DNA of 63,750 nucleotides, counting the filler, from Octopus bimaculoides (Eukaryota): NCBI RefSeq assembly GCF_001194135.2. It is 7 parts of 7 records of this genome, joined end to end, with 100 filler letters (N's around TTAATTAATTAA, not from the genome) between each part and the next. Parts side by side here need not be neighbours in the genome. Positions count along the whole stretch, not along the records: positions 31,017 to 52,689 come from NC_068987.1; positions 52,790 to 57,916 come from NC_068995.1; positions 58,017 to 60,498 come from NW_026344768.1; positions 60,599 to 61,771 come from NW_026375753.1; positions 61,872 to 63,750 come from NC_068991.1; 2 more parts are not named here. One strand, 5' to 3'. Shown here in pieces: positions 50,768 through 63,750 of the stretch. Below the pieces are notes generated by a model, which ran no database searches, was not told where the DNA came from, and saw only the letters and a program-made list of their open reading frames with translations. The number at the start of each line of letters is the position of its first letter. Positions within the stretch are counted from its first letter, which is position 1. Both the position numbers and the translations under genes were made by a program.

Positions 50768-51415
50768 CTGAGTGGCTGTGTGGTAAGTAGCTTGCTTACC
50801 AACCACATGGTTCCGGGTTCAGTCCGACTGTGTGGCACCTTGGACAAGTGTCTTCTACAATAGCCTCNNNNNNNNNNNNNNNNNNNNNNNNNNNNNNNNN
50901 NNNNNNNNNNNNNNNNNNNNNNNNNNNNNNNNNNNNNNNNNNNNNNNNNNNNNNNNNNNNNNNNNNNNNNNNNNNNNNNNNNNNNNNNNNNNNNNNNNNN
51001 NNNNNNNNNNNNNNNNNNNNNNNNNNNNNNNNNNNNNNNNNNNNNNNNNNNNNNNNNNNNNNNNNNNNNNNNNNNNNNNNNNNNNNNNNNNNNNNNNNNN
51101 NNNNNNNNNNNNNNNNNNNNNNNNNNNNNNNNNNNNNNNNNNNNNNNNNNNNNNNNNNNNNNNNNNNNNNNNATATATATATATATATATACATATATAT
51201 AAAAACATGTATATGTTTGTGTGTCTGTTTGTCCCTCCTCCATTGCTTGACGACCGATGTTGGTGTGTTTGCATCGCTGTAACTTAGTGGTTTGGCATAA
51301 GAGACCAATAGAATAAATACAAAGCTTACAAGGAATAAATCCTGGGGTCGATTTTGTTCGACTAAAGGTGGTGCTCCAGCATGACCACAGTCAAAAGACT
51401 AAAACAAATAAAAAA
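50768..51415 (+). mobile_element. SINE family A spanning an N gap
   Basis: gagtggctgtgtggtaagtagcttgcttaccaaccacatggttccgggttc..cacagtcaaaagactaaaac. Confidence 0.85.
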
Positions 51416-51654
51416 AAGAGCTGTAGAGCTGAATCAATGGGATTGTTCTTTCATAAAATCCCTCTTCACAGTCACTAAGTTGGATTAAAGCATTTAACAC
51501 TTATATTCATCATTGACTGATACATATTACTGTTTAAAGCTACTATTATACCATAAAACTGAGCCATATACTTTGCACTTTACTTAATTCTTGTAGCCAT
51601 CAAATTATTTATATATAGTAACTAAAATGTTTATTTTAAACTAGTACATATAAT

Positions 51655-51805
51655 GCAGGCATGGCTGTGTGGTAAGAAACTTGCTTCTTAACCACATGGT
51701 TCTGGGTTCAGTCACACTGGGTGACACTTTGGGCAGATGTCTTCTACTATAGCTTCAGGCTAACCAAAGGCTTGTGAGTAGATGGAAACTGGAAGAAGCT
51801 AGTTG
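51655..51805 (+). mobile_element. SINE family A, 5' half
   Basis: gcaggcatggctgtgtggtaag..gatggaaactggaagaagc. Confidence 0.75.
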
Positions 51806-52392
51806 TGTGTGCTTTTGTGTGATATTTCACTTCGGTTTTTCACTATTGAGAGATGCATAAAAAAGTTGTAAGTATTGACTTTATTTGCTATGAGCATTTA
51901 CAGTATAGTTGAAGAGTTTTTCAAATTTAATATTTGTATTTCTATTTAAACATTCATTTCATCAGGTCCCTTTTTATATTAGTTAGGAGTGTTTGACTTC
52001 ACAACATCACCAGATAACTGATACCTGTTTGCATGGTTCTTGTTTGGGAAAATTGGCTACTTTGTCAGCTTGTTCTGTCATTTTCTAACCGATTTATGTT
52101 GATGATCAATGGATATCCAACACTTCATGTTCGTTAAAGTTGACTTAATGTTTTCTCATACATGTGCTGAGGAAGGTGAGGCAATAATGCCAGTCTAGAA
52201 ACCAGTCCACTTGAGTCCAAATACTTGAATGTATGCTGAGAGATTGTCTTAGCCCGTTTGCCTTTGGATGGTTGATTTCTGTAGTTATTATCAGTGTATT
52301 TTGGCAATTTAAATAAGAGTTTCAACTGTTATTTCCAGCAGGTAGACATACTTAGTAGGTCCTTCGATTAATTTTAATCTTTCAGCTATATA

Positions 52393-52689
52393 TGGTGGAA
52401 CAAGGAGGTAGACAGGGCTATTAGACAAAAGAAACAGGCTTGGAAGGACTGGAATAACGGTGGTAGCAGGGAATTGTACCAATGTGCCAGAAGGGAGGCT
52501 AGGCGACAGGTTTATTTAGCCAGAGGGGAAGCAGATAAGGAAAGATTTGCCAATGTTCTGCGCCGTGAGGACCAAAGACTCGAGGTATTTCGTGTTGCAA
52601 GACAGTGTAGGAGAGAGAATAGTGATGTTGTAGGAGAGAAATGTGTTCGCATGGATGATGGTACGCTTGCATTAAATGAGGATGCAAAG
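52393..52689 (+). mobile_element. RTE-like LINE fragment (linker between APE and RT), open frame cut by gap
   Basis: WWNKEVDRAIRQKKQAWKDWNNGGSRELYQCARREARRQVYLARGEADKERFANVLRREDQRLEVFRVARQCRRENSDVVGEKCVRMDDGTLALNEDAK. Confidence 0.8.
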
Positions 52690-54786
52690 NNNNNNNNNNN
52701 NNNNNNNNNNNNNNNNNNNNNNNNNNNNNNNNNTTAATTAATTAANNNNNNNNNNNNNNNNNNNNNNNNNNNNNNNNNNNNNNNNNNNNTATATATATAT
52801 ATACATATATATATATACATATATATATATATACATATACATACATACTTGTATGTATGTATGTATGTATGTATGTATGAATATGTATAGATGTGTATGC
52901 GTGTATGTGTACGTGTAGCTAGGGACCAATCTCTAATAAAATAAATGCATCATACATACACGTACGCGCGCACTTCATGTAGCCCTCGCACACACGCACA
53001 CACACAAACACACACACTCATACACACGTACATGAAAATGTTTCATTTACACTTCATCTACCTACAATGTATGAGATATTACCAAGGATATTATTAGTAT
53101 TACTATTATTACTGCTTTTCATCGACAAGACAAATACCAGTTGCATAATATTAATAATGATAGGCTTTCTCTTCATACACGCCAGCTCAATTTGAATCGT
53201 TCGTAGTCGAAAGACGCCTATTATTTCTTGTTGCTTGTATTCGTAATTCTGTACCATGTTCTCGGTTTTTTTTTTGTCTTTGTTGCCGTACACATTCACT
53301 AGCTTTCTTACAAAGGGGTCCAATGCTCTTAGACTTTTGGAGAGAAAACCGGATCGAACCATATCAAGTGTAACTGTCCGAAATGGTCATGACTTCTGGT
53401 ACTTGACTGATGAAAGAAAGCTAAGAATTACTCGTCTTTTTTTTGCCTGTCCTTCTAATTGTTGTTTCTCTTGTCCGCCTTTGTTTAGTCTATCTGTCTG
53501 AACGTTTTAATGCCCTCTATTACGTTTTTGTTCCATGTTTATATTTATATACACTCACACACACACACATATATATATGTCAACATGGGATCAGTGAAAA
53601 TACGGTTGAGAGGTATTTAAACCTGTAAAATACCTTTCACTGCAGGTTGTCGTGGAAAAATATTCTCGCTGGAGAGAGGATTATTGTCAGTTCAGAGTGG
53701 TTTTTATTACGTTGGTTGATATATGCATTATACATACACACACGCACACAAACTTACACACACACATATATGTATATATATATATGCATAATCAAATAGT
53801 GGGAGGATTTATATTAAAATTCCACTACAAATAACTAGTGTTTAGAACTCAAGCTGTATTCTTGTATATCCAAATGTAAGCTGAGAGTATAGACATGGGA
53901 TACATGTACGAAGCAAAAGAGAACAAGTTTTAGTCAGAAAAGATTTAGTTAGATCGTTATACGCTCATTTCATTAACAACGAAAATTATCAGTCTTATGA
54001 GGAAGATCTAATAAGCTGAATCATTGTCAAATCTTCAGAGATTGTATAACTTTCCTTAATGGTGTTTAGTACTCATACTCTACAGCTGACTGTTATACAA
54101 TCGGCTACTGGAACAAATGCTGTATGAGTGGATATGACAACACGTCGCCTTAACATCGTTAAATAACAGAAGGAGTGGAAATTATTGAATGTGGAAGCAT
54201 TGAAAATCGTCTCCTGTGGAAAGTCTTCGACTTCCCGTCTAAATTTGTTGAGATAAAAATTATTAAGAGTGAAAATTACCGAATGTGGAAACAGCCTACA
54301 TTGAAAATAGTGTACTGTGGACAATCTTCAGAGTGAAAATGTTTTGCGTGGAAATTCTTTTAGTGTAGCAGTTATTACTGTTTACCAAAAACTCACATAA
54401 AAATTTCAATCCTATGAATTCAAAAAAATATAGCTGTTATTTCTAGCTGAACAAGCAAAAGGTTCCATTAGTAGCTTGTTGTTTCAGGTGTTCATGTTAT
54501 TCCGGTGCTGGTCAATCTAGTAACTTAGGAATTGTGTACTGGTAGTGGTGCTAGTCAAAATTTTATGGTGGTGGCGATGGTTGGGCTAGTTGTAGTAGAG
54601 TGTGGGGAATGGCACTAGTTAAATTACTAATCATATAATAGACACGAAGTAATTGATGGCCAGTGTCCTGAAATTGGACAAAATATAATTATTAACGATT
54701 AAAGGTGATACGGTTGAAGGAAGAACAGTGAAGTTTGAAGAAGAACTACGTCAATTGATTGATGTAAAATGACTGCCAGAAGAAGA

Positions 54787-54864
<78 letters not shown>

Positions 54865-55078
54865 TTGAACAAACTAGAATGGTCGTACGTACATCAGTGT
54901 CGTGAAATATTCGCACTGACCAACGTTTTCCACATATACACACATTATATATACACACACACACACACACAAACATGCACATGCACACATAGATCAATAT
55001 GTACATATGTATGCAGTGTATAAATGGATATACTTTACATCCAACTATGTATGTATGTATGTATGCATATATGTATGT

Positions 55079-55109
<31 letters not shown>

Positions 55110-55677
55110 NNNNNNNNNNNNNNNNNNNNNNNNNNNNNNNNNNNNNNNNNNNNNNNNNNNNNNNNNNNNNNNNNNNNNNNNNNNNNNNNNNNNNNNNNNN
55201 NNNNNNNNNNNNNNNNNNNNNNNNNNNNNNNNNNNNNNNNNNNNNNNNNNNNNNNNNNNNNNNNNNNNNNNNNNNNNNNNNNNNNNNNNNNNNNNNNNNN
55301 NNNNNNNNNNNNNNNNNNNNNNNNNNNNNNNNNNNNNNNNNNNNNNNNNNNNNNNNNNNNNNNNNNNNNNNNNNNNNNNNNNNNNNNNNNNNNNNNNNNN
55401 NNNNNNNNNNNNNNNNNNNNNNNNNNNNNNNNNNNNNNNNNNNNNNNNNNNNNNNNNNNNNNNNNNNNNNNNNNNNNNNNNNNNNNNNNNNNNNNNNNNN
55501 NNNNNNNNNNNNNNNNNNNNNNNNNNNNNNNNNNNNNNNNNNNNNNNNNNNNNNNNNNNNNNNNNNNNNNNNNNNNNNNNNNNNNNNNNNNNNNNNNNNN
55601 NNNNNNNNNNNNNNNNNNNNNNNNNNNNNNNNNNNNNNNNNNNNNNNNNNNNNNNNNNNNNNNNNNNNNNNNNNNNN

Positions 55678-55710
<33 letters not shown>

Positions 55711-56049
55711 ACACACAAGTATATGCATTCATACATGTATATGTATGAAGTGTGTGCTAGAGAGAGTAATGTTTAGATCTATCTTTCTCACTCTCTACCT
55801 CTCTCTCCCCTTCTATCTTTCCCCTTTCTCCCTCCTACCTACCCCTCTCTTAACGTATGTATGTATGTATATGCGCGCTATATATGAAGGCACTGATTTG
55901 AGAGGAAGTTTTCAATTGGAAAGAGACAAATACGCATACACCCAGTGATGCAGACACAAACATTCAAATAAAGATGCACACATATATACGCATATATATA
56001 TATGTATACATATACACGCACACACACATATATATATATAGGTTTATAT

Positions 56050-56097
<48 letters not shown>

Positions 56098-56445
56098 TTA
56101 TATTCACATATATTTATATATTTATATATGTGCATGTGTGTATGTATATACGCATGTGAGAGAAGGGTAAGAAACCATAGAAAAAATAGTAAGTTGAAAG
56201 AAGAGAAGGCGAGTTAAGATGAGAAGGTAAAAACTATGTGTTATAAAAAGTTACATATCAAAAATAGACAGGAAAATGAATGTAAATAAATATTACAGAC
56301 ACTTCGTAGAGAAAACAGGAAAAGCGGGGCAAATCTGTGAGATAGAACGATATATTTATATGAGTGTGTGTCTGCATGAATGTGTGTTTGTATATATGTA
56401 TATATATATATGAACATATAGATTATGCATACATATAAATGTAGG

Positions 56446-56480
<35 letters not shown>

Positions 56481-57227
56481 GTATGTATCTGACTGTGTAA
56501 AAAGCATAGAGAAAACAGGATGGAGAAAGCGGTTTACGCACAGAGTAATAAAATGACGCGAAAGAGTAAGTTGGTAAAGATGCGTTGTGACAGAAGTGAA
56601 CGATAAACAGTCGCACGTACATACAGATATACAGACAAACAAGTAATAGAGAAAAATATGATGGAAAATACATATATTTAAAAAAAAAATATTATACAGA
56701 CTAACAGAAGCAAAAACAAAAATGGAAACTTATAATCAAATGTGAAAGAAAAGTGAAAAAGAAAGGAAAATAAGTTAATTAGAGAAATAGGAAAGGAGTG
56801 ATAGTGGGGGAGACACAACGTGAAAGATATAGATTGATTGTTATTTTCTAGGTTCAAAACCGCGCAGTAAAAGAGGTTAGATGGCAGTAAAAAGGTTTAT
56901 GGTGGAGGTGTAGAAAATGTCTGCAAAATGGGGGTAAAAATGTAAAAAGATAGAAAATTATAGTGATCGAACTAATGTGACTTGAAATTTCTCCAAGTTG
57001 CCATCAATTTTTGGAGAGCATTCCAGAAAATAACAGCTCTGCTCTTTGACCGAAAACAAAACACTGTAATTGTAAAGGACACTCTCACTGGGGCAAACTT
57101 ATCAAATACTCAATTGGAAGCCATATTTAATATGGCCGCTCGAAAAATTGAAGCGTACATATTTATGTATGTATGCATGTATCGTAGTTAAGTTTCTCTT
57201 TATTTTCATATATGTGCACGATTATGC

Positions 57228-57295
<68 letters not shown>

Positions 57296-58774
57296 ATATA
57301 TATATATATACATATATATATACATATGTGCATATTCAAATATACAATGAAACAGACGCATATATATACACCGATGTATATATATCCGTGTGTATATAAT
57401 ATTTATATAATAAAATCTATCAAGCCTGCTACGTATGCGATTATATGTATGTAATTTAGGTTTACATTATTCCATATACATAAACATAAGCATGCACTGT
57501 GTGCATATACGTATAACTATAGCATGCATTTATTTTATACACATGAACGATAAGCGCAGAGACACAAATGTGTTTGATATGATATACCCAGTAACTCACA
57601 CACATAGACAGTCATAGATGTATATATATACACGTAAATATATTCGGAAACATACAGATACAATGGCAAACGAACATATATGTTTGTGCAGAAGTCTTAA
57701 TGCATAGAAAAACAGAGCTAGGGCACAAAATGTCTCCTGCCCCATCAGAATACCGAATTATGTACTGTGTCGTGCGAATAACTCATTTGGCTCATAAGAA
57801 CAGAAAATACATACTGCCTGGGAAAAAGCTTGATATAAAGAGAACGATAGATAAATATGTGTGTGTGTCTGTGCGTGTGTATGAATATGTGTTTATGTGT
57901 GCGAGTATATATATATNNNNNNNNNNNNNNNNNNNNNNNNNNNNNNNNNNNNNNNNNNNNTTAATTAATTAANNNNNNNNNNNNNNNNNNNNNNNNNNNN
58001 NNNNNNNNNNNNNNNNATATATATTTGTGTATGTGTTTGTATATGTGTATGTGTTTGTGTGTGTATAGGTGCGTCTTGATTTATATACATAAACATATTA
58101 ATATTCTCATAGTATCTTTATTTGTCCATCTATTTGTCTATCTATCAATCGATCTATATGTTTATGTATATATGTATCTCTCTTTTTCTCTCTCTCTCTC
58201 TCTCTCTCTCTGTCTTTCTCACTCCCTATATATATATATATCTTTATATATACATAAATCTGTATATATCAATTTACTACAGAACTGAAAGAGCTACCAA
58301 TAGTTTCATGCTTTTATGATACTTTAACTAGGCATACTTATAAAATACGCCATGCATCGCGAAGCAATCCTTCAGCCTCTGTTTATACGCTATATAGCAT
58401 TTTAAAAACAAGGACGCTGGACATTAAGAAAATAACAAAAATACGTGAAAAAGAAAATACGAAAAAGGTTGACGCAAAAGATGGAACGAGAAGAATGGGA
58501 CAAAATCAAGAGAGACCTGCGTTCTCCGTCCACTCTGATTACAGAAACCTCAGTCTATAAAGCTTCCATGGAACAAAATAACAGAAAATATGTCCTATTT
58601 CAAAGTTTGACAGACACTGAAAGAAGCCCGTCGTATATTTACGAGGGGTTGCTGGCTTTAAGAGTATTGTGAAAGGCTTGGTTGGGGTGCCAAACCTTCC
58701 GAGTTCTTTTTACAGGGCTTAGAAAAAACTGAAGGACTGTTGCAATAAGTATGTGAACCTGGGGGTGGGGGGGG

Positions 58775-58932
58775 ATATGTTGAGTAAAATCATAATTAAC
58801 TGATCCTCCTGCGAAAGGTGAAAGGCAAAGTCGACCGCGGTGGAATTTGAACTCAGAACGTAGCGACGGGCGAAATACCGCTAAGCATTTCGTCCAGCGT
58901 GTTAACGATTCTGCCAGCTCGCCGCCATCTTG
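58775..58932 (-). mobile_element. SINE family B (young head)
   Basis: ggcaaagtcgaccgcggtggaatttgaactcagaacgtagcgacgggcgaaataccgctaagcatttcgtccagcgtgttaacgattctgccagctcgccgcc. Confidence 0.85.
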
Positions 58933-60251
58933 CTTTAAAGCGATAATAATAANNNNNNNNNNNNNNNNNNNNNNNNNNNNNNNNNNNNNNNNNNNNNNNN
59001 NNNNNNNNNNNNNNNNNNNNNNNNNNNNNNNNNNNNNNNNNNNNNNNNNNNNNNNNNNNNNNNNNNNNNNNNNNNNNNNNNNNNNNNNNNNNNNNNNNNN
59101 NNNNNNNNNNNNNNNNNNNNNNNNNNNNNNNNNNNNNNNNNNNNNNNNNNNNNNNNNNNNNNNNNNNNNNNNNNNNNNNNNNNNNNNNNNNNNNNNNNNN
59201 NNNNNNNNNNNNNNNNNNNNNNNNNNNNNNNNNNNNNNNNNNNNNNNNNNNNNNNNNNNNNNNNNNNNNNNNNNNNNNNNNNNNNNNNNNNNNNNNNNNN
59301 NNNNNNNNNNNNNNNNNNNNNNNNNNNNNNNNNNNNNNNNNNNNNNNNNNNNNNNNNNNNNNNNNNNNNNNNNNNNNNNNNNNNNNNNNNNNNNNNNNNN
59401 NNNNNNNNNNNNNNNNNNNNNNNNNNNNNNNNNNNNNNNNNNNNNNNNNNNNNNNNNNNNNNNNNNNNNNNNNNNNNNNNNNNNNNNNNNNNNNNNNNNN
59501 NNNNNNNNNNNNNNNNNNNNNNNNNNNNNNNNNNNNNNNNNNNNNNNNNNNNNNNNNNNNNNNNNNNNNNNNNNNNNNNNNNNNNNNNNNNNNNNNNNNN
59601 NNNNNNNNNNNNNNNNNNNNNNNNNNNNNNNNNNNNNNNNNNNNNNNNNNNNNNNNNNNNNNNNNNNNNNNNNNNNNNNNNNNNNNNNNNNNNNNNNNNN
59701 NNNNNNNNNNNNNNNNNNNNNNNNNNNNNNNNNNNNNNNNNNNNNNNNNNNNNNNNNNNNNNNNNNNNNNNNNNNNNNNNNNNNNNNNNNNNNNNNNNNN
59801 NNNNNNNNNNNNNNNNNNNNNNNNNNNNNNNNNNNNNNNNNNNNNNNNNNNNNNNNNNNNNNNNNNNNNNNNNNNNNNNACACACATATATATAAGTTAA
59901 AACTGTTTATGGGATATCCCAGCTAGCGGGGCATCGTATCAAGCGAAGAATCTGTAAGGTTGCGTATACCGTCAACGGAGAGAAAGTGGTAAAAGACAAT
60001 GTTAGAAACTTCCTTATGTATGATATTTGTTTTTGCTTCATTATGCCCAGAAGTCTGGAAGGATCCAATCGAATCTAGATAAATCGGGTATTCTTCAGGT
60101 AAATCCGCGATCAGAAAGGATGGTCAGGTAGTACACACCATGGTGAGAGGAACGAAGGGAGGATTATGCAGTATTCCAAAGTGAGCGAAAATGAATATGT
60201 TAGCAGTTAGAAAGTGGTGCAAATGCATACATGTACATAAATGTATGTGCG

Positions 60252-60365
<114 letters not shown>

Positions 60366-60598
60366 CATACACTCATACGTCTGTATACACAAACGCACGC
60401 AGTCAGGAACAGGATTATACAGATAGACGTATATATAGTATAATTTGTCATATATAATATATATTTGTACGTATGTCGGTACACACACACACATATATNN
60501 NNNNNNNNNNNNNNNNNNNNNNNNNNNNNNNNNNNNNNNNNNTTAATTAATTAANNNNNNNNNNNNNNNNNNNNNNNNNNNNNNNNNNNNNNNNNNNN

Positions 60599-60667
60599 TT
60601 TCATTGTATTTTCTGTAGTGTTCTCACTACATGAATAAATGGAGCTTGCACGAAACGTAAGTACTGC
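60599..60667 (+). ncRNA. 3' half of a hammerhead motif homologous to 28117-28204 (5' half in N gap)
   Basis: gtagtg-ttct-cactac..aataaatggagcttgcac-GAAAC-gtaa-GTA-ctgc. Confidence 0.55.
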
Positions 60668-60746
60668 TATAACCTATTGAATTTTTATTGCTTAACTTCA
60701 AATACATACACACATATATACATATATACATATATATACATATATA

Positions 60747-60844
<98 letters not shown>

Positions 60845-60881
60845 CACACATACAAAACATCACACACACACACATATACAC

Positions 60882-60912
<31 letters not shown>

Positions 60913-61204
60913 CATATATACATATATATACATACGCACACACACATATACATACATACATACATATATATACATACATACACACATACATATACATACA
61001 CATACCCATATACATATATACACACATACATATACACACATGTTTCCACGTATACCCATGCACATGTATATACACTTGCACATGTATATGAACGGATGAA
61101 CGAATAAGTAAATAGAACAATAGCAAAACTAAAAATACTAAAACTCAGACCCTAATACCCGATCATAACAAAATTCAGCTATAGGAGAAAATAAACAATG
61201 AAAT

Positions 61205-61751
61205 TATCTAAACCAAAAATAAGTATGTTTGCGAACGTGAACACATCTGAACCCATTATATGTTAGTTTATTAATTAGTTTATGCTTTGAAAATAGAATA
61301 AAAAACAACTCAAGATTACACAAGTTGCAATACCTCCTACCCTTATTGTAAGGGAAACCCTCCCAATAATTGACCATTCTAACGAAAAATTCTTATTTTG
61401 TTCTTTTAACCACCAAATAAACCTACTAAGACTAGTACTAGCTATTTTACTCCTATCTCTAAACGTATTAAAGTGACAAGAAATTCTCCTACAAATCTTA
61501 TCCGAAGAACAACCCACATAAACACTAACATCTGTATCGCTCTTAACCTTACACTGATACACTATATTCTTTAATCTCACGTTCGGACCCTCAAACCTTA
61601 ACCTCCTGGGATTAATCTCAGTTACCTCAATCTTAGAACCTATAATATTATTACCTAAGAGAGGGTCCTCATCCCTATTCATTCCATTAATACCTGTCTT
61701 AAGAACTTTAGAATTATGTGCTGCAGGGAAATGCTTACTAATTACCTCCCT
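61205..61751 (-). mobile_element. Penelope-like element GIY-YIG endonuclease region
   Basis: FREVISKHFP..NIVYQCKV..VYVGCSSDKICRRISCHFNTF..STSLSRFIWWLKEQNKNFSLEWSIIGR, then (-1 frameshift) PYNKGRRYCNLCNLE..LINK..CVHVRK. Confidence 0.88.
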
Positions 61752-61871
61752 AAACTGAGCTACCAAATTCGNNNNNNNNNNNNNNNNNNNNNNNNNNNNN
61801 NNNNNNNNNNNNNNNTTAATTAATTAANNNNNNNNNNNNNNNNNNNNNNNNNNNNNNNNNNNNNNNNNNNN

Positions 61872-61978
61872 AATATGCTGAACCCAACTACTTGCAGACG
61901 GTGTATCCCGTTGAATTCGAATTAAATTAATGAATTCAACGGGATACACCGTCTGCAAGTAGTTGGGTTCAGCATATT
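61872..61978. repeat. Perfect 47-bp inverted repeat with 13-nt spacer at a contig edge
   Basis: 61872-61918 aatatgctgaacccaactacttgcagacggtgtatcccgttgaattc is the exact reverse complement of 61932-61978. Confidence 0.95.
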
Positions 61979-62171
61979 ATCCTCCATTTTCTAATTATAT
62001 ACATATATATATATATATATATATACATACATACATACATACATACATACATACATACATACATACGCCCACACATGTGTACATATGTACATGTATGTCA
62101 GATTTATCTATTTATCCACATACTCACATGTACACACACACACACAGACGCACACACACATACGCACACAT

Positions 62172-62205
<34 letters not shown>

Positions 62206-62396
62206 GCACACATGAAACAACAAATAATAAATAAAATAATAAGTAGCAATAAAACAACTTACATGCTGACAGGTGAAAGATAAAACTTGTCTCGAAGATG
62301 GCTTACTTTCCTTTTTCTGTGGTTAAGTGTTGCTCAGGGACGTGTGTTTATGCCTACTTATTAGGTTGATGGGAATTCACCGACGTCAGTGTTTGT

Positions 62397-62443
<47 letters not shown>

Positions 62444-62543
62444 TATGTCTAGAAATATGTACGCACGTGTTTATGTATATATAAATGTATGTATGTGAAT
62501 GTGTACAAACCGATATCTATATGTATATACATGGTTTATATCA

Positions 62544-62641
<98 letters not shown>

Positions 62642-62642
62642 C

Positions 62643-62680
<38 letters not shown>
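62544..62680. repeat. (TATC)n abutting (GATA)n, forming a perfect palindrome centred at 62579/62580
   Basis: ..atctatct|agatagat..; 36-nt left arm. Confidence 0.9.
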
Positions 62681-62734
62681 CATACATACATACATACATA
62701 CATACATACATACATACATACATTTAGTCTTAGT

Positions 62735-63140
62735 CTCTTTTACTCTTTTACTTGTTTCAGTCATTTGACTGCGGTCATGCTGGAGCACCGCCTTTAGACG
62801 AGCAAATCGACCCCGGGACTTATTCTTTGTAAGCCTAGTACTTATTCTATCGATATCTTTTGCCGAACCGCTAAGTTACGGGAACATAAACACACCAGCA
62901 TCAGCTGTCAAGCAATGTTAGGGGGACAAACAAAAACACACAAACATACTCACACATATATGTATATACATATATACGACGGGCTTCTTTCAGTTTCCGT
63001 CTACCAAATCCACTCACAAGGCTTTGGTCGGCTCGAGACTATAGTAGAAGATACTTGCCCAAGATGCCACGCAGTGGGACTGAACCCGGAACCATGTGGT
63101 TGGTAAGTAAGCTACTTACCACACAGCCACTCCTGCGCCT
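62735..63140 (-). mobile_element. SINE family A, full length, young
   Basis: ctcttttactcttttacttgtttcagtcatttgactg..gtaagctacttaccacacagccactcctgcgcc. Confidence 0.9.
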
Positions 63141-63474
63141 ATATACAGATTGACAGACAGACAGACAGACATACAAGCATACAACTTTTAACCATCAAGT
63201 GTCGAAGTGCATCCCTTGACCAAGTTTGCATACGTGAGGCTGATAACATCATAAGACTTGGAAGGCAGCTCCTTGAGCAACATCACTGGAACTGTAAGTT
63301 TATCTTAATAATTTTGATGCGACTCTACCCTGTACTGTTCTCTCTTTCTCCCCTTTCGTTTTCTCTCTCTTCCTTTCTCTAATTCTTTTCTTCTTCTCCT
63401 TTCGTTTTTCTCTCTCATCCTGTCTCTAATTCTTTTTTCTCTCCTTCACCGTTTTCTATCTGTCTCCCCTCCTT

Positions 63475-63499
<25 letters not shown>

Positions 63500-63520
<21 letters not shown>

Positions 63521-63750
63521 GCACTCGTTACCGTCGTCCATCTATCTTTTCCTCGCGTGATCATCTTTCTTTTCCTTCAGTCTGTCGTACAGATCAGACG
63601 CATTCTTATCTGTCTCTTCTCTCCTATCTTTTCTCTTGCCAAAGAATATTCCTCCAGCGTTCGCTACCTTACCGCTTCTGGCCTAACGGCCCGCCATGTT
63701 TGTTTTCGTTTGGTTTGTTGTATGTCTCCACTGTCCTGTTTTTGTTACCA
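63500..63750. promoter_or_regulatory. CpG-rich segment with minus-strand aaacATGGCG (YY1-like) motif and GCG|gtaagg donor; possible first exon
   Basis: Reverse complement of ~63665-63710: cgaaaacaaacATGGCGGGCCGTTAGGCCAGAAGCG|gtaaggt. Confidence 0.3.

Noticed and set aside
53256-54560. Putative plus-strand small Cys-rich secreted peptide exons (acceptors ~53647, 54086, 54487; DCYTIGYWNKCC, CSCYSG..GIVYW)
   Set aside because: No consistent donors or phases link them into one ORF, and the order does not fit a defensin or toxin fold.
58445-60110. Plus-strand ORF MEREEWDKIKRDLRSP.. and a possible 48-nt exon KSGRIQSNLDKSGILQ (60051-60098)
   Set aside because: No recognisable homology and no linked exon chain; splice-like motifs are frequent by chance in AT-rich DNA.
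63185-63300. Open frames on both strands with splice-like ends
   Set aside because: Equally plausible on either strand, no start codon or known motif; cannot be supported.

Overview
AT-rich, gap-ridden eukaryotic scaffold dense in microsatellites (TA, CA, TAA, GATA, GA) and SINEs. The repeat content suggests an Octopus-type coleoid cephalopod (inference). One host gene is well supported: the last three coding exons of a minus-strand claudin-fold TARP/stargazin-like gene, closest to CACNG5/7, join(25748..25647, 24585..24451, 23660..23356). Its TM1/GLW exon(s) could not be located. The rest is mostly mobile DNA: three abundant SINE families, mariner/Tc1 remnants and MITEs, piggyBac-type TTAA MITEs, R4/Dong, RTE and L1/Tx1-like LINE fragments, and two Penelope-like (PLE) fragments (RT and GIY-YIG). 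The most interesting signal is a dispersed set of type I hammerhead-ribozyme (HHR) motifs. One is near-intact (28117-28204) and has a covarying homolog at 60599-60667. Degenerate ones lie at the 3' end of a PLE and inside three long fold-back palindromes (34556-34725, 43421-43611, 43991-44362). This suggests a ribozyme-bearing, palindromic non-autonomous PLE family that would also supply long dsRNA (ADAR substrate) near a neural gene. Almost all ORFs in the supplied track are artefacts of N-gaps and microsatellites.
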